A stretch of DNA of 64,000 nucleotides from Octopus bimaculoides (taxonomy: Eukaryota). The stretch covers positions 46,162,698 through 46,226,697 of the forward strand of contig NC_068997.1 of assembly GCF_001194135.2 (NCBI RefSeq), in the 5' to 3' direction. The position numbers were made by a program, and so were the translations under genes. This document shows positions 49,385-62,478 of the stretch, one piece after another (position 1 is the stretch's first letter; the number at the start of each line of letters is the position of its first letter). The notes beneath the pieces are model-generated. The model did no database searches. It was not told the DNA's origin and worked only from the letters and a program-made list of their open reading frames with translations.

Positions 49385-51300
49385 GTAAACATAACCATGC
49401 AATAACCTCCACGGTGTGGTACCATAGATTTGCATGTAGTTTCTCTTTGACAATAGGTATTATCTTGTCTAAAATATTTTTGCTGATTCTTCCGAGGTCG
49501 GATTTTGTAGGGCATATTAAATGAATAGATGGTTTTGTAATGAAATCCTTCTTGTGATCCTTGAGGTTGAAGTGTGGCGGTGTGGGGCAGTACGGTTCTG
49601 TTCTGTCGTCCACGTTTAGCTTCCTCATGATTTTCGTATTCTACCACTCCTAACTTCGAATCTATTATAGCAACTTCTAATAACTATAAACTTACGCAAC
49701 CATAACTACGCTAGCGCCAACACCCGACCCACACATACACCCAACACGGACATTAATATACGTTCTTCTAACAATAACGCTCGTACACTCGAACAAAACC
49801 ACGGTAGATCCCAACCCATTAATATTCTCGATAATAATAATGATAGGACAAATAGCTATAACAATAATTCCATTGATCTAGATTCTTACACATCCCCCAA
49901 TAACATATCCTCCAATAGTAATACCTCACCCACCAACGGACACCACTCTCAAGTCTCCTATACTTGTAACTGTCGCTCCGTGACTATTTGTCCACTTCAA
50001 ACACATTGCGTAAGATACAACGTAATATATAAATGCACCGTGAGAAATCTATTACATAACTCTACAGCTACATACATAGGTGCAACTAAAAACTTCAAAC
50101 ATCGCTACGCAGCCCATTTGCACTCTTTTAGATATGACAAACACAGTAAATCTACAACATTAGCCAATCACATTCATCACCTCAAAAGCACAAATACCCA
50201 ATATACTTTANNNNNNNNNNNNNNNNNNNNNNNNNNNNNNNNNNNNNNNNNNNNNNNNNNNNNNNNNNNNNNNNNNNNNNNNNNNNNNNNNNNNNNNNNN
50301 NNNNNNNNNNNNNNNNNNNNNNNNNNNNNNNNNNNNNNNNNNNNNNNNNNNNNNNNNNNNNNNNNNNNNNNNNNNNNNNNNNNNNNNNNNNNNNNNNNNN
50401 NNNNNNNNNNNNNNNNNNNNNNNNNNNNNNNNNNNNNNNNNNNNNNNNNNNNNNNNNNNNNNNNNNNNNNNNNNNNNNNNNNNNNNNNNNNNNNNNNNNN
50501 NNNNNNNNNNNNNNNNNNNNNNNNNNNNNNNNNNNNNNNNNNNNNNNNNNNNNNNNNNNNNNNNNNNNNNNNNNNNNNNNNNNNNNNNNNNNNNNNNNNN
50601 NNNNNNNNNNNNNNNNNNNNNNNNNNNNNNNNNNNNNNNNNNNNNNNNNNNNNNNNNNNNNNNNNNNNNNNNNNNNNNNNNNNNNNNTGTCCTTGGTTTG
50701 TCACCCATACCCCACCACCTATATACTACCTCTGCGCATTCCTTCTTCCTCACTAAACCATTTAACCTCATCCCCCCTTCCCTCACAATACTCATCTTCT
50801 CTGTCCAGTCAGATTAACTGACCACAAAAAATATACCACTACCATTCCCCACCGGAATCTTTCCTCTATCATCTTCCCATTGTGTCTTTAAGACTTGACC
50901 TATTTACCCTACACACATCTCTCACTTGACTTGGGACATCCTTCAAGTAAACACAAGCAATATACCTCGGTCACAATATGGCATATATCCACCTGTGCTA
51001 TTTCAGCCTTTGCTGTAGCAACTATTTCCGGAAAATTCCCACAAGGGTTACTTTACACGGATACTTACTACTGGAATGAAACTACACTCCAAGTACTGTT
51101 CTTTCTTTCTTTCTTTTTTCAGCGCATCACACTCACTCTCACTTCATACTATAACTCTCCGCCTATGGATATAATAATCGATTCCTTTACTATTTCTGTC
51201 TCCGATAAAGGGAAGTTTTGGATCTTCCCAGAAACAGCTGTAAGACTCTATCCATAAAATATATTTCCAACTTTACCATTGCTCTCTTTATCTTTTTATA
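49385..51300 (+). mobile_element. Penelope-like element: inverted RT fragment (49640-49385, -) abutting GIY-YIG endonuclease (about 49650-50210, +) and 3' region
   Basis: Minus strand: HFNLKDHKKDFITKPSIHLICPTKSDLGRISKNILDKI...NLW...EVIAW (PLE RT N-terminal motif). Plus strand: TCNCRSVTICPLQTHC..YNVIYKCTV...TYIGATKNFKHRYAAHLHSFRYDKHSKSTTLANHIHHLK (PLE GIY-YIG). Confidence 0.85.
51198..51246 (+). ncRNA. Degenerate type I hammerhead ribozyme of the Penelope-like element
   Basis: GTCT-CCGATAA-A-GGGAAG(TTTTGGAT)CTTCCC-A-GAA-ACAGCTGT-A-AGAC: stem I GTCT/AGAC, stem II 6 bp, palindromic stem III, GUA cleavage triplet. The core differs from CUGAUGA at two positions. Confidence 0.65.
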
Positions 51301-51820
51301 TATTTATACATACACACGCTAATACNNNNNNNNNNNNNNNNNNNNNNNNNNNNNNNNNNNNNNNNNNNNNNNNNNNNNNNNNNNNNNNNNNNNNNNNNNN
51401 NNNNNNNNNNNNNNNNNNNNNNNNNNNNNNNNNNNNNNNNNNNNNNNNNNNNNNNNNNNNNNNNNNNNNNNNNNNNNNNNNNNNNNNNNNNNNNNNNNNN
51501 NNNNNNNNNNNNNNNNNNNNNNNNNNNNNNNNNNNNNNNNNNNNNNNNNNNNNNNNNNNNNNNNNNNNNNNNNNNNNNNNNNNNNNNNNNNNNNNNNNNN
51601 NNNNNNNNNNNNNNNNNNNNNNNNNNTTTTGGTATTTTGCATTGTACTATACCTCGTAGAATTCTCCATCTACACATAATTTCCCTCGGTATAAATAAAA
51701 AATGTAAAAATAAAAACAGAACACAAAGGATTCCGCGGTACATGTGTTTCAAGCTTTATAGTCGTTGCATCATTATATTGGTATATAATTGATAGACAGG
51801 ATGGTATAAAGCTAAGTAGT

Positions 51821-52480
51821 GGGGTCACCAAAATGTGGTGGAGTAATGTTGTATGTTTGTTTTATCGTGTCAGGGTGCGATAGGCATGTGTTTGCCTGTG
51901 AATAAACAAAGTGATAACTATGTTCAACCATAACATATTTTATTTGCTGCATTGAACTCTGGTGTTAGTAAATATTCTTCACCACTACATTAAATTTTGG
52001 CAACTTACTTCGAGTTGCTAGGAAAAATGAAACCAGGGTACATCTGTGGAGTTGATGTATCCGAAGACTAAATATGTTCATGTGTGTGTGTGTGTTTTTG
52101 TTCTTTCATCTTGCGGTAGTTCTCTCTCTCATTAGCATGGCATGGCAAATCTCTGTGTGATAGTCGCGGAGCACTGGGTCAGTCTGTGGCGAATCACAGT
52201 CTCTGTCCTCCCTGCTAAATTCTCCTATCTATAAAAATCAGGGGTAGCTAGAAGGATGGACATGCTGCAGCAGGTTTAGCACCTAAGTAGGTCAGTCGCT
52301 GTCCAGTGAACTTCGCTTGACATCTATGAGGTTATAAGGTCGAGGGGAGTCTATCCATCATTTTTTTTGACAAGACAAAGAAAACCTGATTTCGCACCTG
52401 TTGCTCACAGTAAATCCGACAAGGGAAAATTCTTAGATTCGGTTTCGAATCTAAGCTTGGAGAAGGGAAATGTTAGTTTT
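51821..52480 (-). mobile_element. Gypsy LTR (about 650 bp) plus tRNA-Trp-type PBS; same family as the 26-28 kb LTR fragments
   Basis: The minus strand starts TGTAAAAAC after purine-rich GTAGGGGCATA, shares AGATTCGAAACCGAATCTAA and TGTCAAAAA..TGATGGAT...CTCGACC...GAAGTTCA.CTGGACA with 26065-26230, and ends ...CCACCACA followed by TTTTGGTGACCCC. Confidence 0.75.
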
Positions 52481-53199
52481 TACATATATGCCCCTACATT
52501 TCACTTCCCTACCATCTACTGCTCAGAGCGTGGTATTTCCTCTTCAGCTCTCAACCATGTTTGTGGTCACTAGGGTTGTTGTGCAGCCCATATCCACAAT
52601 GACCTTCTTTAAGTTTGCTGAATGTCTGGTTCGGAACTGTGCTGACCACCAACTTTAGACAAACTGGTTGGCGAGACTCAATCAGCTTGAACTGCCATTT
52701 TAAGGAAGATATAAGGGATCTAATATTCACGTTAATTACGTGGAGAGGAACCAGAGGGCATAGGAACAATATCTGCTAATCTGAGGTGGTGTTGGATGGG
52801 CAGACGTTTTTCAACAGCTTGGAGAGAGCATAGGGCAAACGGGTTTATGCTCTCTTTTAGATCTGTTCACTTTTTGAATTTGTTCATTAATTTATCAGTT
52901 TTGCTCATTGTTCATTTATCTGCATTGGTTTCTAATTTTTTGTAGAAATGTTGGTCATTTGGTTGTTTTAAGACCATTTCTCTGTAATGGGTCTTGTCCA
53001 TTATTATAGTGGATTATGACAGGAATCTTTCTGTAGACATTCCAATGCTTTTTGTTCTTCATTTATGCTTGATTTTATATGGTTTGTTGGAATATTTGAG
53101 TTTATAGATCTTTTTAGACACATTATATATTCCCATTTATTCCTATTTACTGGAAGTTTAAATCCTATTTTGTTTTTCAGAAGTGATGAAATCTGTGTT

Positions 53200-54400
53200 G
53201 TGTTTATTTTGGAAGAATTCTCATAGACTGAGCTTTCTACAAAATTTCATTTTCCATCATGTATCACTGTGACAGGTTGATTACTTTTAGTTCAGTTGGT
53301 TCCATATTTTCTAAGACTCTTCATATCGATCATTGTTTGGCTTCTGATTAAATGGGCTTCAAAAATTCTAAATACATTTGCTGACAATTATTTCTGTTCG
53401 TTAGTAATGTTCACATTTTTCATTCATTCACAGCCTTTTGGTCCTGTGCTAAACTGTACTCATCATGCTGGAGATTACGAAGAGTTTTGGGCCCAAGACA
53501 TAACTATGTTTCTTGCCAATCTCAATATGTTCCTGAGTGTTATGTGGGTGATATTTACTTGGTAGTAATTGGAATTAAATCTCATATTGGTCTACTGAGA
53601 ACATATATTGTTAGTGAGAGCTTTAGTGTCCCTCTCTGATGTATTTCAATATTGCTTGTTGAAAAAGACCAAGTTGATGTCTTCATTTTGTATTGTTATT
53701 GGTGATAAAGTATTTGATTAGTTTGACACCAATTTCAGCACATCTACTGTCAGGAAAGACCATTGATGAATCGGTGTACATATTGCAGTTCATCAAAATG
53801 CCTTGGTTTAGAATTTCTATAAACCCAGGAACTTCACCTGAGGCCAGTTTATCAGGAATTCCAAAAATAAGAAATAAATGCTGGAGTCTAGTTATAAATC
53901 CATCGTTACCATTGAATGGTGGTTTCTCAAGAATAGGTTGTGTATATGATGTGCATATATTGAGATTTTGGAAGGTCATGTCGGTGTTAGACGAAAGAAA
54001 AAAATTGGGTAAGAGAATGGAACTCTGTGGTACTTCATTTAGGAAAATTGCAAAATCTGAAACCTTTGTTTTTGAACACTACTTAGAGCTTTGGCAGGTT
54101 GTTTGCTAGCCAACATTTTAATGTTTCTTAAAGTAGTATGGGTTATCATTATTTTTTTATAAGTGAATATTGTGGAACAATGAAAAAATTACTGCCAAGT
54201 ATTATAAACATTAATACCAGATTGGATTCAGAATCAGCTGTAGTGTCCACAATTTCCAAAGATGATGTAACTTCTAAACTGATTATTTCAAACAAATAAT
54301 GCCTTCTTTTTATGTTTCCTGCGAATTGCAGAGGACCTGGACAAATTCTAGTGTTGTTCAATAAATTTAATGCTCTTCAAATTTACAAACCATATTAATT
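53200..54400 (-). mobile_element. Degenerate Gypsy integrase of a different (K02A2.6-like) family
   Basis: NGNDGFITRLQHLFLIFGIPDKLASG..P.F...SSMVFPDSRCAEIGVKLIKYFITNN resembles the rve core of this family; many stops. Confidence 0.7.
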
Positions 54401-54889
54401 TATTTATTTATTTATTTTTGTTGAAGACTGAAAAAATAAAATTTAAAAACCAAAAAAATCCTGATTTAATGAGAAAATGTTATTGTGTTGTATTAAAGTT
54501 TATATTTTCCTTAACTTTTGTTCATTCTTATTTATTTATTGTTACACCCTCCTCATACACTCCAACTGCCTGTCTTCCCTATCCGCTCCTGCAACCCACC
54601 CATCAGCATTTCAACTCTCTGTTGTCCTTCTCTTGTTTACTGTGTGTCATCATTCCTATTCTGCTATTCTGCTACTATCAAACATTCCCTATTCCCCACT
54701 CATTCCACCTTCCTACTGGTTGGCATTGGGAAGGGCATGTGACTGTAAAAACCTCGCCAAGGCAGATGCTGGAGCATGATGTAGTCCTTGAGCCCACTGG
54801 AGTCTGTCAAATCATTCAGCCTATACCAGCATAGAACATGGTTGCTAAATGATGATGATGAAATAGGTTTATTTTATTTACCATTTCAT

Positions 54890-55185
54890 TCTTATTAATT
54901 CATTGAATATCTAATTCACCTTCCTGCTTTCCATCACTTGTGAAAATGGCTCCAAGATACTTTAAACTTCTCCACTTGCTGCAGTGATGTTCCACTAACA
55001 TGCAGAGTATACTGGGAAGATTTTCTTGAGATGACTAATATTTCAGTCTTTGCAACACTGATTTTCATCTCTGCCTTTCAGCCCTTGGTAGTGAACCCGT
55101 TCACTGCATGCTGGAGATCGTCTCCTGATGAGTCAAGTAGCACTATCTCATTTGCAAATGTCGGACAACTCATCCTACACTCTCA
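54890..55185 (-). mobile_element. RTE-clade LINE RT fragment
   Basis: SSGDDLQHAVNGF...MKISVAKTEILVISRKSSQYTLHVSGTSLQQVEKFK. Confidence 0.7.
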
Positions 55186-55688
55186 AATTGTGATGTCAGA
55201 GAAGCAATGTGAAATAAAAATATTACAATTAAGAAAACCGAAGATTCTTTGGACAAGAAAAACTGAACAAAAGGAAGGCAAGTGTGGTGTAGTACCTTGT
55301 AGTCTGAATAAGACAGTTTTGCAATTTCTCTATCAAATTGACTTGGCCTGAACAGGTGCACAGGGTACCACATGTCAGGTTGTGAATTGATTGCAGAGCA
55401 ACTTGAGATCAAGTATTTTGCTCAAGAACACAGGACACCACCCAGTCCAGGAAGTGAAACCACAACCTTATGATCAGGAGTGCAACATCTTAATCACTAG
55501 GCCCTGTGCCCTTACAGAGGAAAATTATCCTAATAAGAAAAAGTAAACCAGAACGTCAATGAAAAACTACTATTCATATAAGAAATGATCAGAAATCAGT
55601 TATAAATTTGGTTTAGTTCTCTGAAAATGAAATATTTTCAAAATATAATTTATTAATTAAAAAAAAAATTTAATTTTCATTTGAAATG

Positions 55689-58600
55689 TTATTTATAAAA
55701 TATCAAATATGAATAGAGAGATATGATTCCAGGATTCCTTTGTGGGTTTGGAGTTTTGCCCTTATACCAACCAAAATAGTTGATAACATTTTGTTTGCTA
55801 ATGTCATTTGTGATGTCGATGAGCCAGGGATCAACCTGCAAACCGTCACACCAACCATCACGTCCATACAGCCAAGTTCCATGCTCATTTGGAACAACAC
55901 CTATTGGTGCTTTGTTTGCGCAACCAAGTGGAGTCCCTGTGAGAGACAAAAAGAGAAATGACATCAACAGTGCTATTATTCAGCAAAAATAGGATAAAGT
56001 AGAATTAAAGAAATACTTACCTGCATTATCAAATGTGATGTTGTATACTTTTCCGTTGATGTTAAAATGGTGAGATGTCACACAGAATTCTCCACATCCA
56101 TTTTCATCACTACCGTGTCCTGTTATCACAGCATATATCATGACCTAAAGAGAAAGGACAGAGAAGACTTGCTTAATTAATCTTACACACCGGCACAAAG
56201 CTGCGATATTTTTACAAGAGGAATTCTTTTACTGCTGAGTCACTGAACTGCTGCCAGTCTTGAACACTATCTCCAAGGGTTTTACTCAATCATATAGACC
56301 CTTGTATTCTATCTTGTTACTTGCTTCATTGTTCACAGAAGATACACCTATGTGTACACTAGATATGTCATAAGGTATTTGCGTTCCACAGAATTAGTAT
56401 TTGTTTGCTCCATGTTAATCTGTACAAATGTACAAGCATAACTGTGTGCTTCAGAAGTTTTCTTTGGAACCGCATATTTTGGTTTCAATTCTATAACACT
56501 TTCAGGTTGGCCTATGCCCTGTAGATGAAATTTGTTAGATGCAGAATTTCATTATTCATTCATACATGTGTTTGTCTGTGTCTTTGCATTGCCACTGCTT
56601 AGATAGCAGTGATACTTGTCTGTGTCCCCAAAATTGGGAGTTTGATGTGCAAAGAACAGTAGAATAAAGTACGTTACTTGAAATAAAGAGACAGTTGGTC
56701 CAAGGAAAGGGCTGTCTTGTGTAACCCATGTCAATATGAAAAGAGCAGGCGACAAGCTAGCAGAAACATAAGCACGCGGTGCAAAATGCTTAGCAGTATT
56801 TCGTGTCTTTATGATCTGGGTTCAAATTCCGCCGAGGTTGACTTTGCCTTTCATCCTTTAGGGATCAATAAATTAAATACCAGTTGCGTACTGAGGGTTG
56901 GTCTAATCAACTAGTCCTCCCCCAAAATTTTGGGCCTTGTGCCTAGAGTTGAAAAGAATATGAGAAGAGCAGGTGTAAAAATAAATTAAATATTCACAAA
57001 CACATACACTCATGCACATACAGACCATTTTCTGTCATCCAATTTTCACTCATAAGGTATTGTTGAATCCAAGGCTAGGGTAGGAGACACTTCCTCAAAG
57101 TGCCACACACTGGGATCAAATCCAGAAGCAGTGGAATTTGAACTCAGAACCTAAAGAGCCAGAAGAAATGCTGCTAAGCAGTTTGTTTGATACAGTAATG
57201 ATTCTGCCAGCTTGGCTATATTCTTTTTGATATTCTTTTCTATATTCTTTTCTTATATCATTCAATGCTATGAAGTTATAAAACATGAAATAAACTACCA
57301 ACCTTGCTATATTTTTTGTCAACTTCAAAGTAATATGGTTTGAAGTGATTGTTGTAATTGTGGTCAAATACTGCACCTGGTTGGAAAAGTGGCATAGCTT
57401 CTACCGGATATGAAGAATTTGAACCTGTACAGAAAAAAAAAAAAAATCTTACAATTATCTATTTGACATTGAGTTGTTACACGCATTAGTTAAACTTAAG
57501 CACAAATACTAACCTTACAGTTGTTATTTTCTCCCAACTGAGCCATGATCAGGTTAACCTATGGTTAAAAGCATTTGAGTTATGACTCTCCTGTCATTCT
57601 ACTAAGCATAATACATCCAAGACCATGTTATTCTGTATGTCAGTCAAGACACATGGCTAAGTGGTTCGGGTATTACAGCTCGTGGTTGTGAGTTCGATAC
57701 CTGGTGGTGTATTGTGTTATTGAGCAAGACACTTTGCTTCACATTTGTTCCAGTCCATTAAACTGGCGAAAATGAGTGGTACCTGTAACTGAAAGGTCCA
57801 GCCTTGTCACAGTCTGTGTTACACTGAATCTCCTTGGGAATTACATTAAGGGTATGCATGTCTGTGGAGTTCTCAGCCACTTGCATGTTACTTTCACAAG
57901 CAGGCTGTTCCATTGATTGGATTAACTGGAACCCTCATTGCTGTAACTGATGGGGTGCCAGTTAATTCTGTATGCCAGTTTTAAGATACTAGGATGATAT
58001 TTGAGGGATATTTGGTTACTATTCTTAGCAAATTGAGCAACTACATAGAGGACAACTCTGCTGGTTTACAATTGTTGGTGGAAGTAGTTTTAGATGATGA
58101 GTTCTGTTACCATGGGATGAGAAATAGCTACCTTCACATCTTTGATGAAAGACCAGCTTCTTTGATCCTGACAACAACTGAATTACGACCCCCTTCCAAC
58201 ATTACAAACATGGTGGAAACAGTCGTAAATGATCCCCACCATCATTGTTTTGAATATCTCTCTCACTTTTTTCTCCTTGTCAATACAGTTTCCATAAAAT
58301 TAGATTTTGCATAAACTTGTTCTTATTGTTACTCACCAGTTGTTCCTCATCACTCAATGACTTTAACGAAACAAAAATATTTTTACATCAGCAAAGTTTT
58401 ACACCTATGGCTTCCCTTTGTCTTTTTTCTTAGCATAGAAGTATGGTTTAAGTTCAGAACTTAAAGTAAACAAACCAACACCAGTTGTCAAGCGGTGTGT
58501 GTGTAGTACAAATACAAGCACAAAGACACACACACACACACACACATGCGTGCTCGGATTGCCATACAGTTTCTATCTACCGAATTCACTCACAAAGCAT

Positions 58601-61600
58601 TGTTCAGTCCAGAATTATAGCAGAAGACACCTGCTCAAGCTGCTGTACAGTGGGATTGAACCTGATAAAATACAGGAATGCCTTTGGTCATAATTTTGCT
58701 AGATCAGGACTGACCTATGCTTAAAAAGACCAATAGCAAAATCTTTAAATTAACTCTGTTATAAGAGCTCAACTAACGTTAACCCCTCTTTAGCATTAGA
58801 AAACTACAAGTGAAAAACAGACTTACTGTTCTTCATGTGGGGGTTTGAAAACCTGAGAGAGACTGATGGCTTCCATGGTGATGCCCAGGGGTCAGTGAAC
58901 ATGCGGAAGGTACATTGGCGAGAGGTCAGCAAGGGTAGTAGAGGACTCACATCTGTTACCCAAATTCCAATACGCCTAAAAAGTGGAGAGGAGAAAAGAA
59001 TGTAATAAGAAAATAATATGGGTTTACATGTAATATGCATATAAAGACATTCGAGCGAGATTGTTGCCAGTGCCGCCAGACTGGCTCCTGTGCAGGTGGC
59101 ACGTAAAATACATCATTTTGAGCGTGGCCGTTGCCAGTACCGCCTGACTGGCCTTCGTGCAGGTGGCACATAAAAGCACCCACTACACTCTTGGAGTGGT
59201 TGGCATTAGGAAGGGCATCCAGCTGTAGAAACTCTGCCAAATCAGATTGGAGCCTGGTGTAGCCATCTGGTTCACCAGTCCTCAGTCAAATCGTCCAACC
59301 CATGCTAGCATGGAAAGCGGACGTTAAACGATGATGATGATGGTCTGATCAAAAAGTACCAGGACCACTAGTAATAGAGCTAAAGTACACAGAGTGAAGC
59401 TGTTTGGCACTGATTGACCTTGAACTCTGTCATGCATGCACATTAAATAATAACATTCTTGTTCACTTCTGTTGTTTATAGCAGTACTTGGAAGCAGTGT
59501 AGTTATCAGAATTGCATGTGTCCAGTGAGAGGCAGCTCTACCATGACAAAGCACCTACCCATTCAGCGCAGTTTTTCGCCAAGCACAACATTCCCCATGT
59601 TCAACAACCACCATACTTCCCAAATCTTTCCCTTCGTGACTTTTCCCTCTTTCCAAAGCTCAAATCCCACTTGAAAGGGATGCGACGAGGTAGCTGCTTG
59701 CTATCCTCCAAAAAGGAGTTCCAGGAATGCTTCTATCAATAGAAACAATGTGTGGCTTCAGAAGGAGACTACTTCGAAGGTAATTATAGCACCAATCCGG
59801 ATACTTTTTGATCAAGCCTCATATGTATACACCTGTCTCTGTGTTTAGCAAGTTTCTTTTCAACTATGTGGTTTAGGCTGAGTTCTTCACCAGGGGATGC
59901 TGCCATCATCATTCTCATCCATCATCATCATCATCGTCGTTTTAATGTCCACCTTCCATGCTAGCATGGGCAGGACAGTTTCACAAGAGCCGGCCAGGCA
60001 GTTTATTTGTATGTGTGTATGAATATATATTTCTGTGTATGTTTATACCTTCATACATATATTATAAATGTATGAATATGTTTCATTTGTCAGTTTTTAC
60101 GTGTCTGCATTTGTATGTTTTATCTGTTTGAGCATATGTGCAAGAGCATGCAAGCTAAAAATTAACAGTTCCTTTGTGCAAATGACAGAATTTTCAGAAC
60201 CTTCAAACCCATGTGAACATGAATATACAAAAAAAAACGAATCAAGGAAAGAAAAAAAAAAAACCCCCAAGGTAGTGTGGTAAGAAGCTTGCTTCCCAAC
60301 CACATGGTTCTTGGTTCAGTTCCACTGTGTTGTACCTTAGACAATTATTTTCTTCTATAACCAAAGCCCTGTGAGTTCATTTGGTAGACAAAAACTGAAA
60401 ATGGCCCATCGTATATATATATGTATATGTATATATCTATGTGTGTGTACCTTTGTGCTTTTTGTTTGTCCTCCACCTCCACTTGACAGCAGTTGTTGAT
60501 GTGTTTACATCCCTGTAACTTAGCAGTTCACCAAATAGACACCAATAGAATAACTGCCAGGGTTAAAAAGAAATAAGTCCTGGGATTGATTTGTTAGACT
60601 AAGACCCCTCAAGGTGGTGCCCCAGGATGGTTGCTGTCAAATGACTGAAACAAGTAAAAGATAAGAAAAGAACGAAAAATAAAATACCTGCGGAATGGTG
60701 TGATCCATCGTCCTAGTTCCATGTTGCACAATGGGGAAGACTGATTGCAGCACACATGTAACCCAACAGTGCGGTCCCATGCAGGGCAGTCTTCATCTCT
60801 GGTGCCAGGACAAGACAGGTTCACTTGTAGTTCAAAGGTTGAGTAGGTTCTCAACTCTGGAATGATAAAGGACATAGGGGGAGAACATGGAGATTAACCC
60901 TTAAGCATTTAAACTGGCCATATCCGGCCCAAATACTCCACTTATTCTATATTTAAACCAGCCAGAACCAGCCTCTCATACTTACCCTATAATGTTATTC
61001 TAAAAATATATAGTCATGTCATTGAAAATTATTTGAAACAAAGTCATTGTATTTCAACTGAAATATGGCACCAAAAGGGTTAACTTTGATCACAGAAACA
61101 ATGGCAAATCAGTGAAAAGACATGTTTGTGAAATACCTACTTTCCAAAGGTGGTAATGTAACATTGGCAATAATTCCACTTTTGCCTTGCATTGTGGCAT
61201 TCTCAAATAATGGCACAAGAAGGTCTTTGTTCCAGAGTCTTCTCTCGAGTTTATTTTGAAATTTCATCCTGAAATATTGAATTTAGAGAAGTGACATTCT
61301 TACAAATAATGGTAAATTATAATACATACACAGACAGGGACACATATACACACACACTGATGGATGGGCTCACCTACTCATACACACATTGACAATAACA
61401 CACACACACACACACACTAAAAGACGCATGGACAGACATAATTCACATACACACACTCACATTAACAAATACTCATACAGAGGGTGGGGAGACAGACATA
61501 CTCATTACATACATTAATACAAATACAAATGGACAGATACACACACACACACACACACACACTTGCACTGATGGATGGGCAGACATACTCATACATTCTT

Positions 61601-62478
61601 TTCTACTCTAGGCACAAGGCCTGAAATTTTGGAGGAAGGGGCCAGTCGATTAGATCAACCCCAGTATGCAACTGGTACTTAATTTATCGACCCCGAAAGG
61701 ATGAAAGGCAAAGTCGACCTCAGCAGAATTTGAACTCAGAACATAAAGACAGACGAAATACCACTAAGCATGCTAACGTTTCTTATTTCTTTATTGCCCA
61801 CAAGGGGCTAAACATAGAGGGGACAAACAAGGCCAGACAAAGGGATTAAGTTGATTACATCGACCCCAGTGCGTAACTGGTACTTAATTTATCGACCCCA
61901 AAAGGATGAAAGGCAAAGTCGACCTCGGCGGAATATGAACTCAGAACGTAGCGGCAGACGAAATACCACTAAGCATTTCGCCTGGTGTGCTAACGTTTCT
62001 GCCAGCTCACCACCTTTACTCATGCACACATTGACACAAACATACACAGGACGAACAGACATGTGCATTGATACAGACACATATACTCACACATATATGC
62101 ATTTGCATTAATACATGCACACACACACACACATACACTGACACATACACACATAAACGGCTGAAGAGACACACACACACACACACATCAAAACATGGAC
62201 ATAGATCTTGAAAAATTATTACAAAATATCAAATTAAAATAATTACATAAATATTCAATTAAAATTAAATTTAGATGGGAAATAATAACTATAATAAATG
62301 TAATAAAATAAACATAAACCATGTCAAAATGCACACTCACCATTCTGCTTGCCATACCAAAAAGTTTGCTGATGGATACAACATCCATCCAGCTTCTGTC
62401 AGTTTACCTAATGAATCAATGGCCATGTAGAAATTTTGTGATGGTGTGTTCTGGAATTTTATAGTTGATGGACCATTG
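55689..62478 (-). CDS. PNGase F-type peptide-N-glycosidase (N-glycanase) family protein, 3' seven exons; gene continues beyond the window
   Basis: Phase-consistent minus-strand exons 62478-62341, 61268-61141, 60856-60688, 58975-58827, 57424-57303, 56144-56021, 55936-55689 (358 aa, stop TAA). Motifs: FQNTPSQNFYMAID..G.L.EAGWMLYPS..FLVWQAEW, LSCPGTRDEDCPAWDRTV, ELGRWITPFRRRIGIWVTDVSPLLP, VITGHGSDENGCGEFC, GTWLYGRDGWCDG. Tentative further exons at 64000-63956 and 63693-63602 do not yet phase with 62478. Confidence 0.88.
59338..59823 (+). mobile_element. Internally deleted mariner element with both TIRs
   Basis: TIRs tgatcaaaaagtaccagg / ccggatactttttgatcaagcctcata; transposase C-terminus LYHDKAPTH...PPYFPNLSLRDFSLFPKLKSHLKG...FQECF...CVASEGDYFEG. 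Confidence 0.85.
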
